NCBI GenBank assembly: GCA_002633005.1
Contig: NMRA01000182.1
Span: 603,768 to 667,767, forward strand
Reading direction: 5' to 3'
DNA length: 64,000 bases
From: Phoronis australis
Lineage: Eukaryota; Animalia; Phoronida
Shown: positions 12,322-24,400 of the stretch, one piece after another
How the letters are laid out: each line of letters starts with the position of its first letter
Position numbering within the stretch: the stretch's first letter is position 1
Made by a program: the position numbers and the translations under genes
The notes under the pieces: generated by a model
Database searches by the model: none
Seen by the model: only the letters and a program-made list of their open reading frames with translations
What the model was told of the DNA's origin: nothing

Positions 12322-13977
12322 TGAAGACCAAAGATATAGAACCAGTCACCAAAATACATTGTGTGTTCAAGAGTTTTAAGTTAGCATAATTTACTCTTTG
12401 AAGGTGATATTTTGTTACAATCCTTCCACTGCCTTCACAAAAATTACCTTATTTACGTTATCAAATTGGGCTCAAAATTTTCATTCCTGTGGCATGTATG
12501 ACGAACCTAGTCCTGGTGAAAGTCAACCATCCGCGCGATGATGCCCATCCAACAGAGATTGCTAATGTGAACACTGGCACTGAATTCAATTCAGCTGCTT
12601 GAGTTGCTTGTTCACCTATGTAACCCTTTATGACACCTCATTATGTAGTAAAACTATGTGTGCCTGTTGACTGTTAGCAGCCCAGTCACATGGCTCTCTG
12701 TTGCGTTGGCAAGGAATGGGGTAATTGGATTTTGGCTTGAATTTTCACCTCTCTGTACTAGGTCCCTCATGGGTACCATCTGAATTGAATGGACTTAACT
12801 ATGTTATGTCAGCAATGTACTCCTTTCATAGGAGATAATAACTTTTGATACTTCCTGATGCCCTAGATCATGTGTTTGAGTGTGTAATATTTTCTGTCGT
12901 TGTGTAGAGCATGGTTGAGTAACTTGATAATAGTATTATTTGCAATATGGAGGGTGACTTAGAAGGAAATTGTTGTTTCTTCTTAAGGTTTGTCATGCAC
13001 TGGTAGTCTGGTAAGGGACTACTTGCTGTTGATGTATATGCACAACTATTTTTGAATACTCAGGAAGGAATGATGAGCAAATAATTGCCACATTGTGATA
13101 GTTTGCAGTGTGTACCAAGACCTTCGGCTTTAGTACTTAAAGTGGTCGCTTTTGTCATTCTGCCACGACATCTAAATTTGTAAATATTACATTAATAAAA
13201 AAATCTAAATTTGAATCTCTCATGAGAACTCCGATACCTTGCTCCTAAAATTCGTACATGCTCTCTAGCGCCACAATTAACTATCCAGTCTGTAACGCAC
13301 CTAACAATGTAACATCTTATATATATTACACTTTGGGCTTATGACCATATGTATATATTTCAATAAAGAAACTTAAAATAATTAGCAACTTTTATATTGT
13401 TAAAACTGAGGTGGATCAGTGGCTGTGCCTTCACTGTGATTGAGTTACCCTAGGACAAGTCAGTCCTAGAACAAGTTGTGGCTATTTGCTATTGGACAAC
13501 TTGACGCTGTTTGCTATTGGACAACTTGACGCATGTGACAGTATTTCCCACCTTATTGAAGTTGAGTAACTTGTTCTAGGAACCGGTTCCTAGGAGAAAG
13601 TAACAAGCTGAGACCCATTTCGGTTTGTGGTCTAAAGCCTTCATGATGGTGTTTGCGCCCTAGTGTATATTTACACCCTAGTGCATATTTATGTCCCACT
13701 ATGATTGCAAAAGTCATTTGAAAAAAAATTAACGTTGAGACCAGGAAGTGAACAATGATATTAGAGCAAAATTTGTTCAGTGATAGGAATAGTAATGCGG
13801 GAGAACGCCTCAGTGCATGTGGTGAAGGTCCATGTGTCTGGCCCTGAGTCGGATATAGCGTGCACGTTCGTGTTTTTTCGGGCTGGTTAGCTGTTTTGAA
13901 GGAGCGGAAGTCGACTCCGAGACAAAGATTTTACAGTCCTGGATATCTGTTTTACACCGGGGTTTCTAGCTGTTTCG

Positions 13978-14109
13978 ATGGAACATCCAGGTATTTTAAG
14001 AACCAGTTTGATGCCCGTTATTCAGTGGAGAAATCTGGTTCTCAAAAATACAATCGTACTTCACGACCGGGAGTGCGGATTACGGGAATTTGATCCCGAG
14101 TGGTTGCTT
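13978..14109 (+). CDS. Possible first coding exon (copy B of 9595-9726)
   Basis: Identical ATG...CTT|gtaagc segment. Confidence 0.3.
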
Positions 14110-15234
14110 GTAAGCCTACTTTATTAGNTAAGGGGGGGTGATTTCAAGATAATCAATGCTTAATAAGATGTGAAACTCTGTAGCTGGACCTTTTAGTTAT
14201 ACAATTCCCGTTCAGTGCGGTCCAGGGCAGACCGATGGGCCGGCACCGACGGGAGAGGGTGGCTCTTCATGTAACTGGTGGAAATTGGCAGCTAGGGCTC
14301 AAAATTGGCGATGGCGAGGTGGAACGGTGGAGAGCCACCATTATATTCTACGGCACCGAGCGGCAATGAATAATCATAGTTACGCAATACGCTACTGGAC
14401 CCCTTTCGTCACTGAGGACCGTCGGAATCGGCTCCTCTTCCTAATATTGTGCAAGTGGCTGTGAAAGCCCCAGCTATCTCCCAGCTTGCCCACTCTCGGC
14501 CAGGAAGTGTCTAGTGTCCGCATGAACTGCGGAGGATAAGGCTAGTGACCACAGAGAATGCTGTTCATGCAGCCGCATCGAATGTCTGAAAGGGGATATG
14601 TGTTGGGTAATCTTACCAATGTCTTCCGGATGGTTGATCAAAATGAATGGACACCACAAAACTTGCAAGTAAACAGAAAAATCAGACGCTCTCTCTTGCG
14701 ATGTACGCAAACCGTATAAGTACTTTCCGAATTAGTGACCCGGCGCATAGCGTACAAATGAAATGAAAAAATTATTTTATCAAACAAAGTTTTATTGACT
14801 GTAATGGATAGGAGCACATGGCGTAAACCCTAGCTGGCGATTAATCAAACAAAATCCCCCGGGCGGCTGCAATCATTTTAACATTTTAATCCAAAAAATC
14901 TAAATAACACAGTTACATTAAAGCCTTCCGTTTCAGTTCTGTTGCAAAACCGGACGTTATCGAATCCCTACTTTGTAATAATGAACCTTTGTTTTGTGAG
15001 TAAGCAAATCGGAACAGGCGGCCTGGATTATGGCCGTGTGAACGCCGTCTGATCGGCAGATCCAGTAATCTATACACCTCTGTGGAAACTATCATTCAGC
15101 CACTGTTTTCTGGTATTTTTGTCTCCAGAACAAATCTCCTTAGTCGGTACCAGCTTAGCCACGGAGTGCCCCTGAGCAAGGAAGCTGACCTCCTTTCTCC
15201 TACAGGTGGGCTCTCTTTGTACTGACTAAACAAA

Positions 15235-15277
15235 CACGTGGATGGTCGGCTTTCACACTCGTCAACCACGTGACTCA
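15235..15277. promoter_or_regulatory. Two CACGTG E-boxes and an overlapping TGACTCA (AP-1-type) motif ~100-140 bp upstream of the putative SLC6 ATG
   Basis: Motif matches at 15235-15240, 15267-15272 and 15271-15277. Function is inferred from position only. Confidence 0.25.
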
Positions 15278-15376
15278 CTGCTTTGTGTAGGGTACGTCGA
15301 GCAAGTTGAAGAGAAGTGTTAGGCCAGTATTGTACCTACGGTTGGCGCCAGGCGTCGAACGAAAACTAAAAGGAAA

Positions 15377-15478
15377 ATGTCCCAGGATACAAATGTCACT
15401 GAGGAGTTATCCAAAATTCGAACTTCGCTTGAACAAGTGAATGAAAAAGTTGACAGATTATCCGCAGATACTGCCACG
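15377..15478 (+). CDS. SLC6 probable exon 1 ([34 protein letters not shown])
   Basis: aaaATG start and strong phase-0 donor ACG|gtaagt, compatible with the next exons. No homology support, because the SLC6 N-terminus is variable. Confidence 0.55.
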
Positions 15479-18400
15479 GTAAGTTTTAACGTGTTTCTAG
15501 AAGTTGGTGTTCAGTGTTATGAAAGCGGGGTGTGGTTCATTGAAAGGTTATTCAGTGGGGGCATTACGAAACCCGGAAAACAGGCCAGCCACACTAAGCC
15601 AGTCAGTTCAAACTGACGCATGCTTGTTCTCGTCTTTCCATTCTTTTTTTACGAAACGGTTGTTAAACAATTTCTTTAGACCCAATCCACTCACAGTAGT
15701 TCTCATACCGATCATCGAAACCCCTCTGAATAGATAGAGGCTGTCATTTTTGGTGGCCGACGACTGAGAGTGATCCCTAATCTGATTCTCATTTCGTAAC
15801 TTCGGCAAAAGTGGAGTAAACGGGTCCCTCTTGAAAATGGCTGCCGAGAACCAGTTTTCACTTAATACTTAGCAACGTTACTCAGTAAGCCCAACCAGCT
15901 AGGGTACGCCAAAATACATGTATTTATGAAGAGATAGTTGAGACCGATGGCATGTTGGTGTTGGTCTGAAATCAAGATGACCCTGTGTTAATTAGGGGGA
16001 GGGGGACTTATCTCGAAGTAGCGGTTGGTAATAAATAAGACGTGCCGTGGCGCGTACGGGTAACTTGCCTCTCAGTTACAGGGCTCGGGATGGTGGTTTG
16101 GTGGTTTTGCACCTGTGTCCCAGGTATCGTCCCGATTAGATAGTTTTGCTTTATTGTAATTATAGTCTTGCGTCGGTAAAGGAAAGAAGGGATGGACTGG
16201 GCGTGGGCGGACGAAAAAGACACTGCTCGGGTAGCTTGTCATCACATGTCACGGCCTCTCGCGGTTGTCTAAGATGTTGAGTTGGTATGCTCAGATGCAC
16301 CCCCATGATGTCTAAGGAGAATCCCCAGGTTTAAGTTGATAATGACCAGCTGGGCTTCGTGATGCTATGTTGATTAATGGAGAAATAACAGGCAAATTGG
16401 GATTGGAGTATCCATTAGTCCACGCACACACCCGTTTCGGAAACATATTAAACTCAGCTTTAAGGGGACATTATTGGGGAGAAAAGTGATTTTTTTCAGT
16501 TCAGCGTCAACGTAGAATCGAACCGGCTGTAAACCTTGCTGTCTCTGTCAAACACGCTGCTGGTTAGGGGAATACGCGCTGTCATAGCGCCACCTGTGCG
16601 GCGGTCTGGCTGAGCTAAACCTCTCTCGATAAATGGCAGGATATTTTCAGTGTATTTTTGACTGATAAAGTGAGCCTCGGAGTAATTGGTCCTAGACTTC
16701 AGCGACTGTCTCGCAGACAACGGTGACAACTGAAGGCTATCCCAGCCAATAATTATCCCAAAACTACGTTTTCGGCTGTAATTCAGATAATCAGCTCATT
16801 ACTTCCCTTGGTATTTGACGAACTTGATATGCGTTGGACCATACAGTGGTATACGATGAAGGACCAGTCGAAAAAAACTCACGAAAACACCAATTCTCTG
16901 ATCGTATAGCCTACCGTTACGGTAATTCATTGGTAAAATCGATACACTCTGTGACTCTGGTTCTAAAAATGAAACATGAATAAAAAATACCTGTAGCTTG
17001 TACCCACTCGTCAAATTATAATAGAATTACCTTTTCCTTTATACAGTGAAGAGATGCAGTTAGGTATTGAATATTTGTATAAAGGCTCTTGCTGTCGCTG
17101 TCACGTAGACTTGCCAGCATATTTTGTAGACACAGGCAACAATGGATTGTGTAAATTGCCGTAGGCCTGTACTGTTGGTATAACGATATTTGCATCCCGT
17201 TTGACAAGAAATATAAAGCCAAACTTGTAAATGAAATCATTTTGGACGATATGGATGAAACAAATTAACAGATTCAGAAGACAACTGTCGGTAACGGACA
17301 CAGATCCCGGCGAGGGGTCTGGATGCTTTGCTCGAGCACAATAACTAGCTCTGCGTTGTTGCAGTGCAAGGAATCTGACCATTGTATTTGTCAGACCCTT
17401 TTGATCATGATCTTGGGTCCGCACCTGAGTAACGAAATAAACAATTTAAAAGTTGACGTTGCCGTGTAAGCCAGCGGTTACTCAAGCTCGGCAGTTCAGC
17501 TCTGCTGTGTAAGGAATGTTGGTCTGACAAATGTTATTGGCTATTGTTCGTGTTGTTCTATTGCCGTACGTCAATCCAGTTATTCACTCTGACAAACAAT
17601 AGAAGTGGATGACATCGGCATGTCCTACTTGTTCAACCTGTGTGGGAAGTTTGTGAAAGGAGTAAACTTCAGCAGACTTTGCGATGGAATCTTGGCAAAA
17701 CATTTCACAACAAATATATTTTTGGCAACCTCAATAGATTTTGACGTTAATGCATTTCACATAAGGCAAATTAATTTTTCTCACGCCACAGTGAAGCACT
17801 ATAAGCCGACTGGAATTCATTGATTGCCTTTATGAAATAAAACACAATATTTAGACATTACACAATACAAGAATTATTACTGGTAATATGGCGACGCGAA
17901 TCCCGTTTTTAACAACAAAAAATAAACCCGAAGCAACCAAGGAAATGATTTTATTTGTTTCATATTAGAACATTGATTTATTATGCTATTGGTATTGAAA
18001 TTATTTCAGGCACAACACGTAGGCTGGCTTTCCTGGAAGTATAGTGATTTCACCTTTTGAACCCAAGTGCTAGGTCATCCATGGTAGCTGACCACACAAA
18101 CTGTTCAAACCTGACATGCTTGACGGATACTTAACTCGACCAAGCATATTGTTATTATCCGCCCACGTGTGTCAGGTACACTTCGGTAGCAGCCCTTCAT
18201 TGACACAAACTTTGTTGAAGACACGACTGTACTTTTTGTTAGACAGCTTGTGATACATATACTCGCTCGTAGGTCTTTAAACAATGTCCTTTCTTCAGGC
18301 TTGCAGCTATGAAGCAAAACAATGTTCGACATTCAGCAACTAAATATGCTGGACCGCCTGGTCAGTTACTTCTTGAATATGATGTCACATCCACATAAGG

Positions 18401-21400
18401 CATATAGGTGAAAGTTTACTGGCGCGGTCGCAAATCCACTGGCCCGGTCGCAAATCCGCTGGCCCGGTCCGCGCCACCAGGACAGCGTGTATTTCAAACG
18501 CTGAAGCACAAAACACCAAGAGACTTATCGGACAAACAAGATAAAATGCTAGCTATATTTCGAGACCACATGTCTCATCATCAGGCAATGGGTAAATTGA
18601 ACATATAGGGCTTTCTTCCGTGTGAAGATAGGAGATTGTTTAGAGACTACGAGTGAGTATATCACAAATTGTATATCAAAAAGTACAGTCGTGCCTTCAA
18701 CCAAATTTGTGCCCACATATATATATGTACATGCAAATGTGTATGTATGCCGTTTTCTCATTTCGTCTGCCCGTCCGGCGTCTATCCTTTAGTCTACTTA
18801 TCTCAAAAACCCCTCCAAAGGTGTACCCAGAGTTTAACGAACTGGAGGTTCAAGTGAAATGACAAGTTTCTGATGAGAATTCTGAAAACCGGTTATGAGT
18901 TTTCATGGGTCGTTCGAGTTCGAGAGAATTTTTGGGTGGATTCGGCTACCGCTGTGCCCCGTAGTGGCAATTTTAGATTTTTACGTTAGCCTCCATAGAC
19001 CCAATTCACGCGGCGGACATTAAAATCCAAAGCGAGACTCACTGCGATAAACAAAGCGAAAGTTGACATAGCCCGAGTTAAATGGCCTGTCTTTAGAGTC
19101 CAACCTGGATATTAAATCTTAAAAATTTGCCGACAATTAACCACCGAGACGTAGAAAAGTACATTAGAGAACAAGTTAATGCACCAAAGATTTGCCTGAC
19201 CAAAGGGTATATTTTTTGGAAAACTTATTTTCGAAACATGAAAAGTAAATATGGCCAAATTGCGGCGATCTTAGTGTTACTGATTAGGTATTATGCTGAA
19301 TGCAGGGTTACGCATCTTCTTGTAATTAAATTGTTGATAAAAATGCTTTCTACATGAACCAGGTCATCTGCTCGTATTTTTGACGAGTTGAACTGAGATA
19401 TATTCGACAGTGGTGGCTCATTGCATCTTGCTGTCATGTCAGTGGCGGATCTAGGATATCGCAAGGGGGGCCCAACATTTTGTCCGGCTGTAATGCGCAA
19501 ACCACGATTGTAGATGCGTATAGCACTGAATGGGGGAGGAATTTTTTTGTTTTTTCCTCTAGAAATCAAGCATTTTCCTTGATTCCTGAAGTATTATCCA
19601 AGAAAAAAGGCAAAAAAAAAAACACGGAGAACGTGTCAAACAGGAAAATCCTCCCCTGCCCCCCCCCTAAATCCGCCTATGCATGTGCAAGTATAGTCAC
19701 ACCTGGTTTAATTTGTTGATCAAGAATATTAACATCAAACATAGCCTGATCCTGGTGAGGTAGGGACTTCACCGGGACTAACAGTTGATTTGTCATTGAC
19801 CTGATAGAATAATTGATGTTATTAAATATATTTTAATTAAAATAAAAAACAGGCTCGTAATTGAAAATAAAAATTATTTGACCATCAATTCTGATTTCTT
19901 GGTTTTAATAATTCTTAGTCTATTTCATGTATTAGGTTTCAAATATCAATCTGGACCAAGCTGAATTTTACAATTAAATCACCTAATTCGTTCGTCCAAA
20001 GCATTACCTCGTTTTAGAACTCGATTCAGTTAACTGGACAGAGCAATCATAGTTATCATGTTTCCAGGAGCCTCGTTCGAGGTCGGGGAACTGAGATGCC
20101 TGTGTCTTCTGAGAGGAGATTTTTTTCGCTGAGTGAGGGAAAGCACTACCTCCTGATCACCATCAATAACACTCATAGGCTCTGCCTCAATTTAAAGTAC
20201 CGTAGCAGCACCTGTGCGGTTACAAGTGATTTGAACTTTGGATCGAGAGAAAATTCAGTCACTAGGGGAATTTTTAGGCTTCGTCAGTGGGGGAATTTCG
20301 CGTGACTTTCAATATCTTTGAGAGGGAAATGGGGCCGATATTCGGCCCCAAAATAGACGGATTGAGAGCCCTGTCCTTTTTGGAAAGAAAATGCATCATG
20401 TTTCCAGTGGCGGATCTAGGATAGCATAAGGGGGGGGGGGCCCAACATGTTGCCTCGGAAAATTGGGCAAGGCGCGATTGTATGCATAGGCGCCCTGAAG
20501 GTTGCGGGGGCCGGCGATGTGAGCTGCTGTTCTCAAAATCTATCGAAGGACTAAAAAGAAGAAGGCAACACAATTCCGCCGCGTTCCGCCCCCCTCCCCC
20601 TCCTCGTCCGCTGCCCTTCCTAGTTCGTGAACTCCATATTTCCTCACGCTTCACGATGTTGCTGTTTTATTTTTCTTGCACCAGCCAAGGGGCCCCCCTA
20701 AATCCGCCTATGTGTTTCAACCCTTAGTCATGAGCCTGGCTGGCTCGAAGATTCTCCGGTCGTTGCTATCGATGCTTGACAACCAGAGATGCGACAAAAA
20801 ATTATCTAACTTTTCGAAAACATTTATAAATTTTACACGGACATATTTTCCTTCGTCGCGGCCTATGCAACGCTTCCGAACCTCAACGTCCCTAGGGATT
20901 GTAAAGCAGACAGTTGGGTGTCCGTATTTTTTCTAGCCGTTCGAGCTACGTGGCCCTACTCTACTTAGTCTACTATGCCGGTAAGCTAACAGAGCTATCG
21001 TAGCTAGCCTCGTTTTGGAACGCGCCTCCTGTTGGCGTGAATTGGGTCTGTATCTACGGATCTACCTTGCCATTCTCAGACGGTTTCTATGTCATCTGTG
21101 GTAATTTTTTGTGTGCTTTTGGCATCCGTCTCTACATCTGTCAAACCGCTGGAAGGATCAAACGTGTTTTTATCGAGAAGAACACAACTTAGTTGATTTT
21201 CGGACGGATCCAAATAGCTGTCGCGCCGCCTAGTGGAAATTCACTTTTTCTTTGTGTATGCCTTTGTAGCTACCAAATTCTTTAATGTTTTTTCATGAAA
21301 TTTATCATATAGATTTCAGTTAAGGAGGCGACCACGACACGTTCACATTTTCAAATGAATTCAACTTATTCTGCTTTCGCAAGTGGTCAGCTTTATGGTT

Positions 21401-24400
21401 TTGCGTCTGTGCGTCCGCCTCTCTATCCGCAAAAGCTCTTGAAAGATATTGACATGTTTCAATTGGGATGAACACGACTGACGGAAATTTTCGGACAAGT
21501 CCAACTACTGTGGCACCTCCTAATGGCCTTGGAAAATCTGTTTGTTCCTCTGCCTAAATATTTACTAAGTTCCTTGATAAATCTTCATGAAATGTGGTAT
21601 GAATGTGTTTCAGTTGAGGAGAGTACGCCTGACGTTGATTGTGGGACGAGTCCGACTACTATGACTTCCCCTAGAGGGAATTTAGGTTTTGTTTGCGTAA
21701 TATCTGTTTCTCTACCGAGTTCCTTCATGAATTTTCACGGAATCGGCAAATAAGTTTCTGTCAAGGAGACGACGGCACATGCCTTGTTTCAGAGGATTTT
21801 GATTTACACTGCAATCCCTCAGTGATCTTTATTTTTTACTTCGTGAGAGACACTTTATTTTCAACCAGTGTGACGACAACTAAATTTCGCCTCGTTGATA
21901 AAAAATTGCGACAAATTTCCACTTTATTAGCACTAAACAATTTTATTTCTTTAGCACTTACAGTGATCTCATTCATCGTCGCGGTGATTCGTGAATCGAG
22001 CCACCATAGATACTCGTTAAAGTCTATGGATACATGTCCTGGGTTTAGCTAAGTAATGACAAAATATCTTTGATAATGAAGAGGACACTTGCTATTGTTG
22101 TTGAACTCTATTACAGAACCAACTGCCGGGTTGACCGGATTTCAAGTTTAACATCCCGTGTATTTTAGAAGTAAAAAATGCTTGCATTGCCTTTGAATGT
22201 TAAAATACTTCAATAGTCTTTGATACATATCAACCAGTCAGTTGGCCGGGCACCTAAGTGTCTTCCATGTAAAGATCAACAGAATGTTTTTAAGCACAGC
22301 CGGTTGGTAAATAAGATCCTAGATTGTGTGAGAGATTCTTGAGTTTCTGTGAGATAAGTCGACAGTACTATCTCTGTAAAGGTGGACTTCAGTTAAACAT
22401 TGGTACCTTTTAATCTCTAATAACAATATTTTCGTCTTTTTGCAGGCGAGGGCACAGAATGTCTATTATGTCACGCCACAGGGACCAGCAACGAACGGCG
22501 GGAGCACTGTGGTACGCATACGAATGTTAGCATAAACAACACATATCGATAACCATTTATATATATTTAAGACGTAGTTATTGTTTAACTTTGTGACGGA
22601 AGAAGGGTTTATCGCAGATTTAAATATAGATTGTGCGCAACATGTGAGAATGTGTTTGCCTATATCTTGAACCAATGAAAAATAGATAAATATTTCCGTG
22701 TTCAAATACAGTAATGTTTGAAATCAAGGAACGTCCTGCAGTAATCTAGAATACCTCACACAGTGTAGTCGTGGAAATGTTCGTCATGGGTTGTGGGAAT
22801 CAGAAATTACTTCAGTCATTTGTGAGAGTTATCCATTTTCTGATTCAGTAAAATTGATTATGAACATTTACCTTATTGTAACTGATCTCAAACAATTCTT
22901 TGCTAGGATTACCATGATAGGTGGTTACTGAGCTTGGGGTGAATAGTGATAGTAGGCGTGTACCGGTCATACCATGCTCGGCGCACGGTATGCGGAGCGC
23001 GGGCTGAAAATCATAAGCAATCTCTGTCTCTGACGAACAAGTGTATAACTACAATTTACACAAATGGGTGTTCTTTTTTCATAAGTTTTGTAAGTAGATA
23101 TCATCTGGTCATAAACGCTGAGATCACAGCGTTCCGAAACCCCCGATACGTTTATACGAGAACACAAGCGACCGCAACCCATATCAAAATATTTGGATAT
23201 TTTTAACGGGATAGGGCCGAACTATAGCTTCAGGCATGCGCCTATTACATTATTTCCCTCACAAATCGGAACACTTGAGCCTGCGATTGTGACCCGTCCT
23301 TTTATATGACTGATTGAAATACTCATAGAATGTCGCTTACATTGCGATGTGATGTAACATTGCATTTTCCAGCATATATTAGCCCAGACTCTCACGGTCA
23401 ACACGCGTGATGCTACACGCAAAGCATTTGCAGGGTGAAAGTCCAGACAAACTTCGGCTTCCAGTATGTTATCATGCGCGCACAGAGAAACAAAAAGTCC
23501 GAGAAAACGAGACAAAAAGTCCACTAAAAAGGCGCAAACACACAATTCACAACCCTGGACGTGGTACCCCGTTTTTTATTTTTTTAGTCCTTCGGCCTTT
23601 TTGTCGGTAAAAGGTCCACATCGTCGGAAATTCGAGGCCCCATATTATAGGCTGGGTGGGCGCATGGTTATTTTATGCGTGTGGGATATTCATCATTGGA
23701 ATTCGTCAGTGCAATCTCCTATCCAAATTTTCCGCACGCACAAACTATTGTCATGAATACAAATGATTTGTGGCGAGTTGTGGAAGAGACGACTGAAATC
23801 CATTGTCACGATAATGTGACTGTCGCCGGCGAGACATTGTGTGCCTATTACGTCATCTCTTTGAGGGATCACGTGCTTGTGGATGGTCACGTGGACTCCT
23901 GGCATGAAATTTCTTGACGTGAAATCTTCCTGACGTGTGAAATTTTCCTGACGTAATAAATTTTCTGTCCTGGCGTGATAAATTTTCGGTCCTGACGTGT
24001 TAAATTTTGATCCTGAGGTGATAAATCCAGTATCCTGCAAACAATTTAATTCTTGAATAGAAAATTTGTTACTATTATTAAAAAGAAAGTCATTAGAAAA
24101 TTTGTGTCCTGGATTTTTTCCGCTTTGGCTTTCCATTCTCTGCTCCTTCAGTAAAATTCTCTCAGTGCGAGCACAGTCTGTCCCCTTGAACCGCTGTTGT
24201 GACCTGTTGCAAAAACCCAAACACGATAGCCGCTTCGCTTTATATAAAATTACCAACACTGACAAGATACTTTAAATCTTTTAATGTTCACTCCACGTTG
24301 CACCGCCTAGAATTCCCTATAGACATTTGGAGGTTACGTTCCGTCTACCACGCACCAACACTGCTTTAGGTAAATATCTACAGATACAATGAAAGTAAAA

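Larger units (their letters stand above)
10823..14127. repeat. Duplication copy B (homologous to 6491-9745 and 55154-59878)
   Basis: Colinear similarity, with a private 31-bp x3 tandem at ~11918-12010. Ends at the N at 14128. Confidence 0.95.
18997..21049. mobile_element. Internally deleted ISL2EU/PIF-Harbinger-like DNA transposon
   Basis: 15-bp perfect TIR AGACCCAATTCACGC / GCGTGAATTGGGTCT with AT/GT flanks. Minus-strand THAP-like remnant [19 protein letters not shown] near 20845-20910, and a + strand remnant [13 protein letters not shown]...KGYIFW near 19127-19220. Confidence 0.6.
18706..21800 (+). mobile_element. Helentron-associated (HINE/DINE-1-like) element interrupted by a nested DNA transposon
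   Basis: 5' hairpin and a GTC(C/T)-type tract, then ~145-bp degenerate units (aaatttgg...ccgactac...tagtggcaatttt) on both sides of the 18997-21049 insertion. Confidence 0.6.

Noticed and set aside
14395-14432. Hammerhead-like fragments (CTGAGGA on +, GACGAAA on -)
   Set aside because: Neither strand has a complete CUGANGA...GAAA core with stems I and III.
14190-14710. GC-rich, coding-looking stretch after the N junction
   Set aside because: The frames examined are broken by stops and no domain is recognisable. It is probably decayed repeat.
15343-15478. TGGCGCC as an LTR primer-binding site followed by a gag ORF
   Set aside because: No upstream TG...CA LTR or downstream pol. The ORF ends at a canonical phase-0 donor that fits the SLC6 gene.
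16460-16475. TTAA-GGGGACA as a Kolobok left end
   Set aside because: No convincing matching right TIR with TTAA was found.
22958-22990. Resemblance to the 5S rRNA 5' end (GGTCATACC)
   Set aside because: The similarity stops after about 15 nt.
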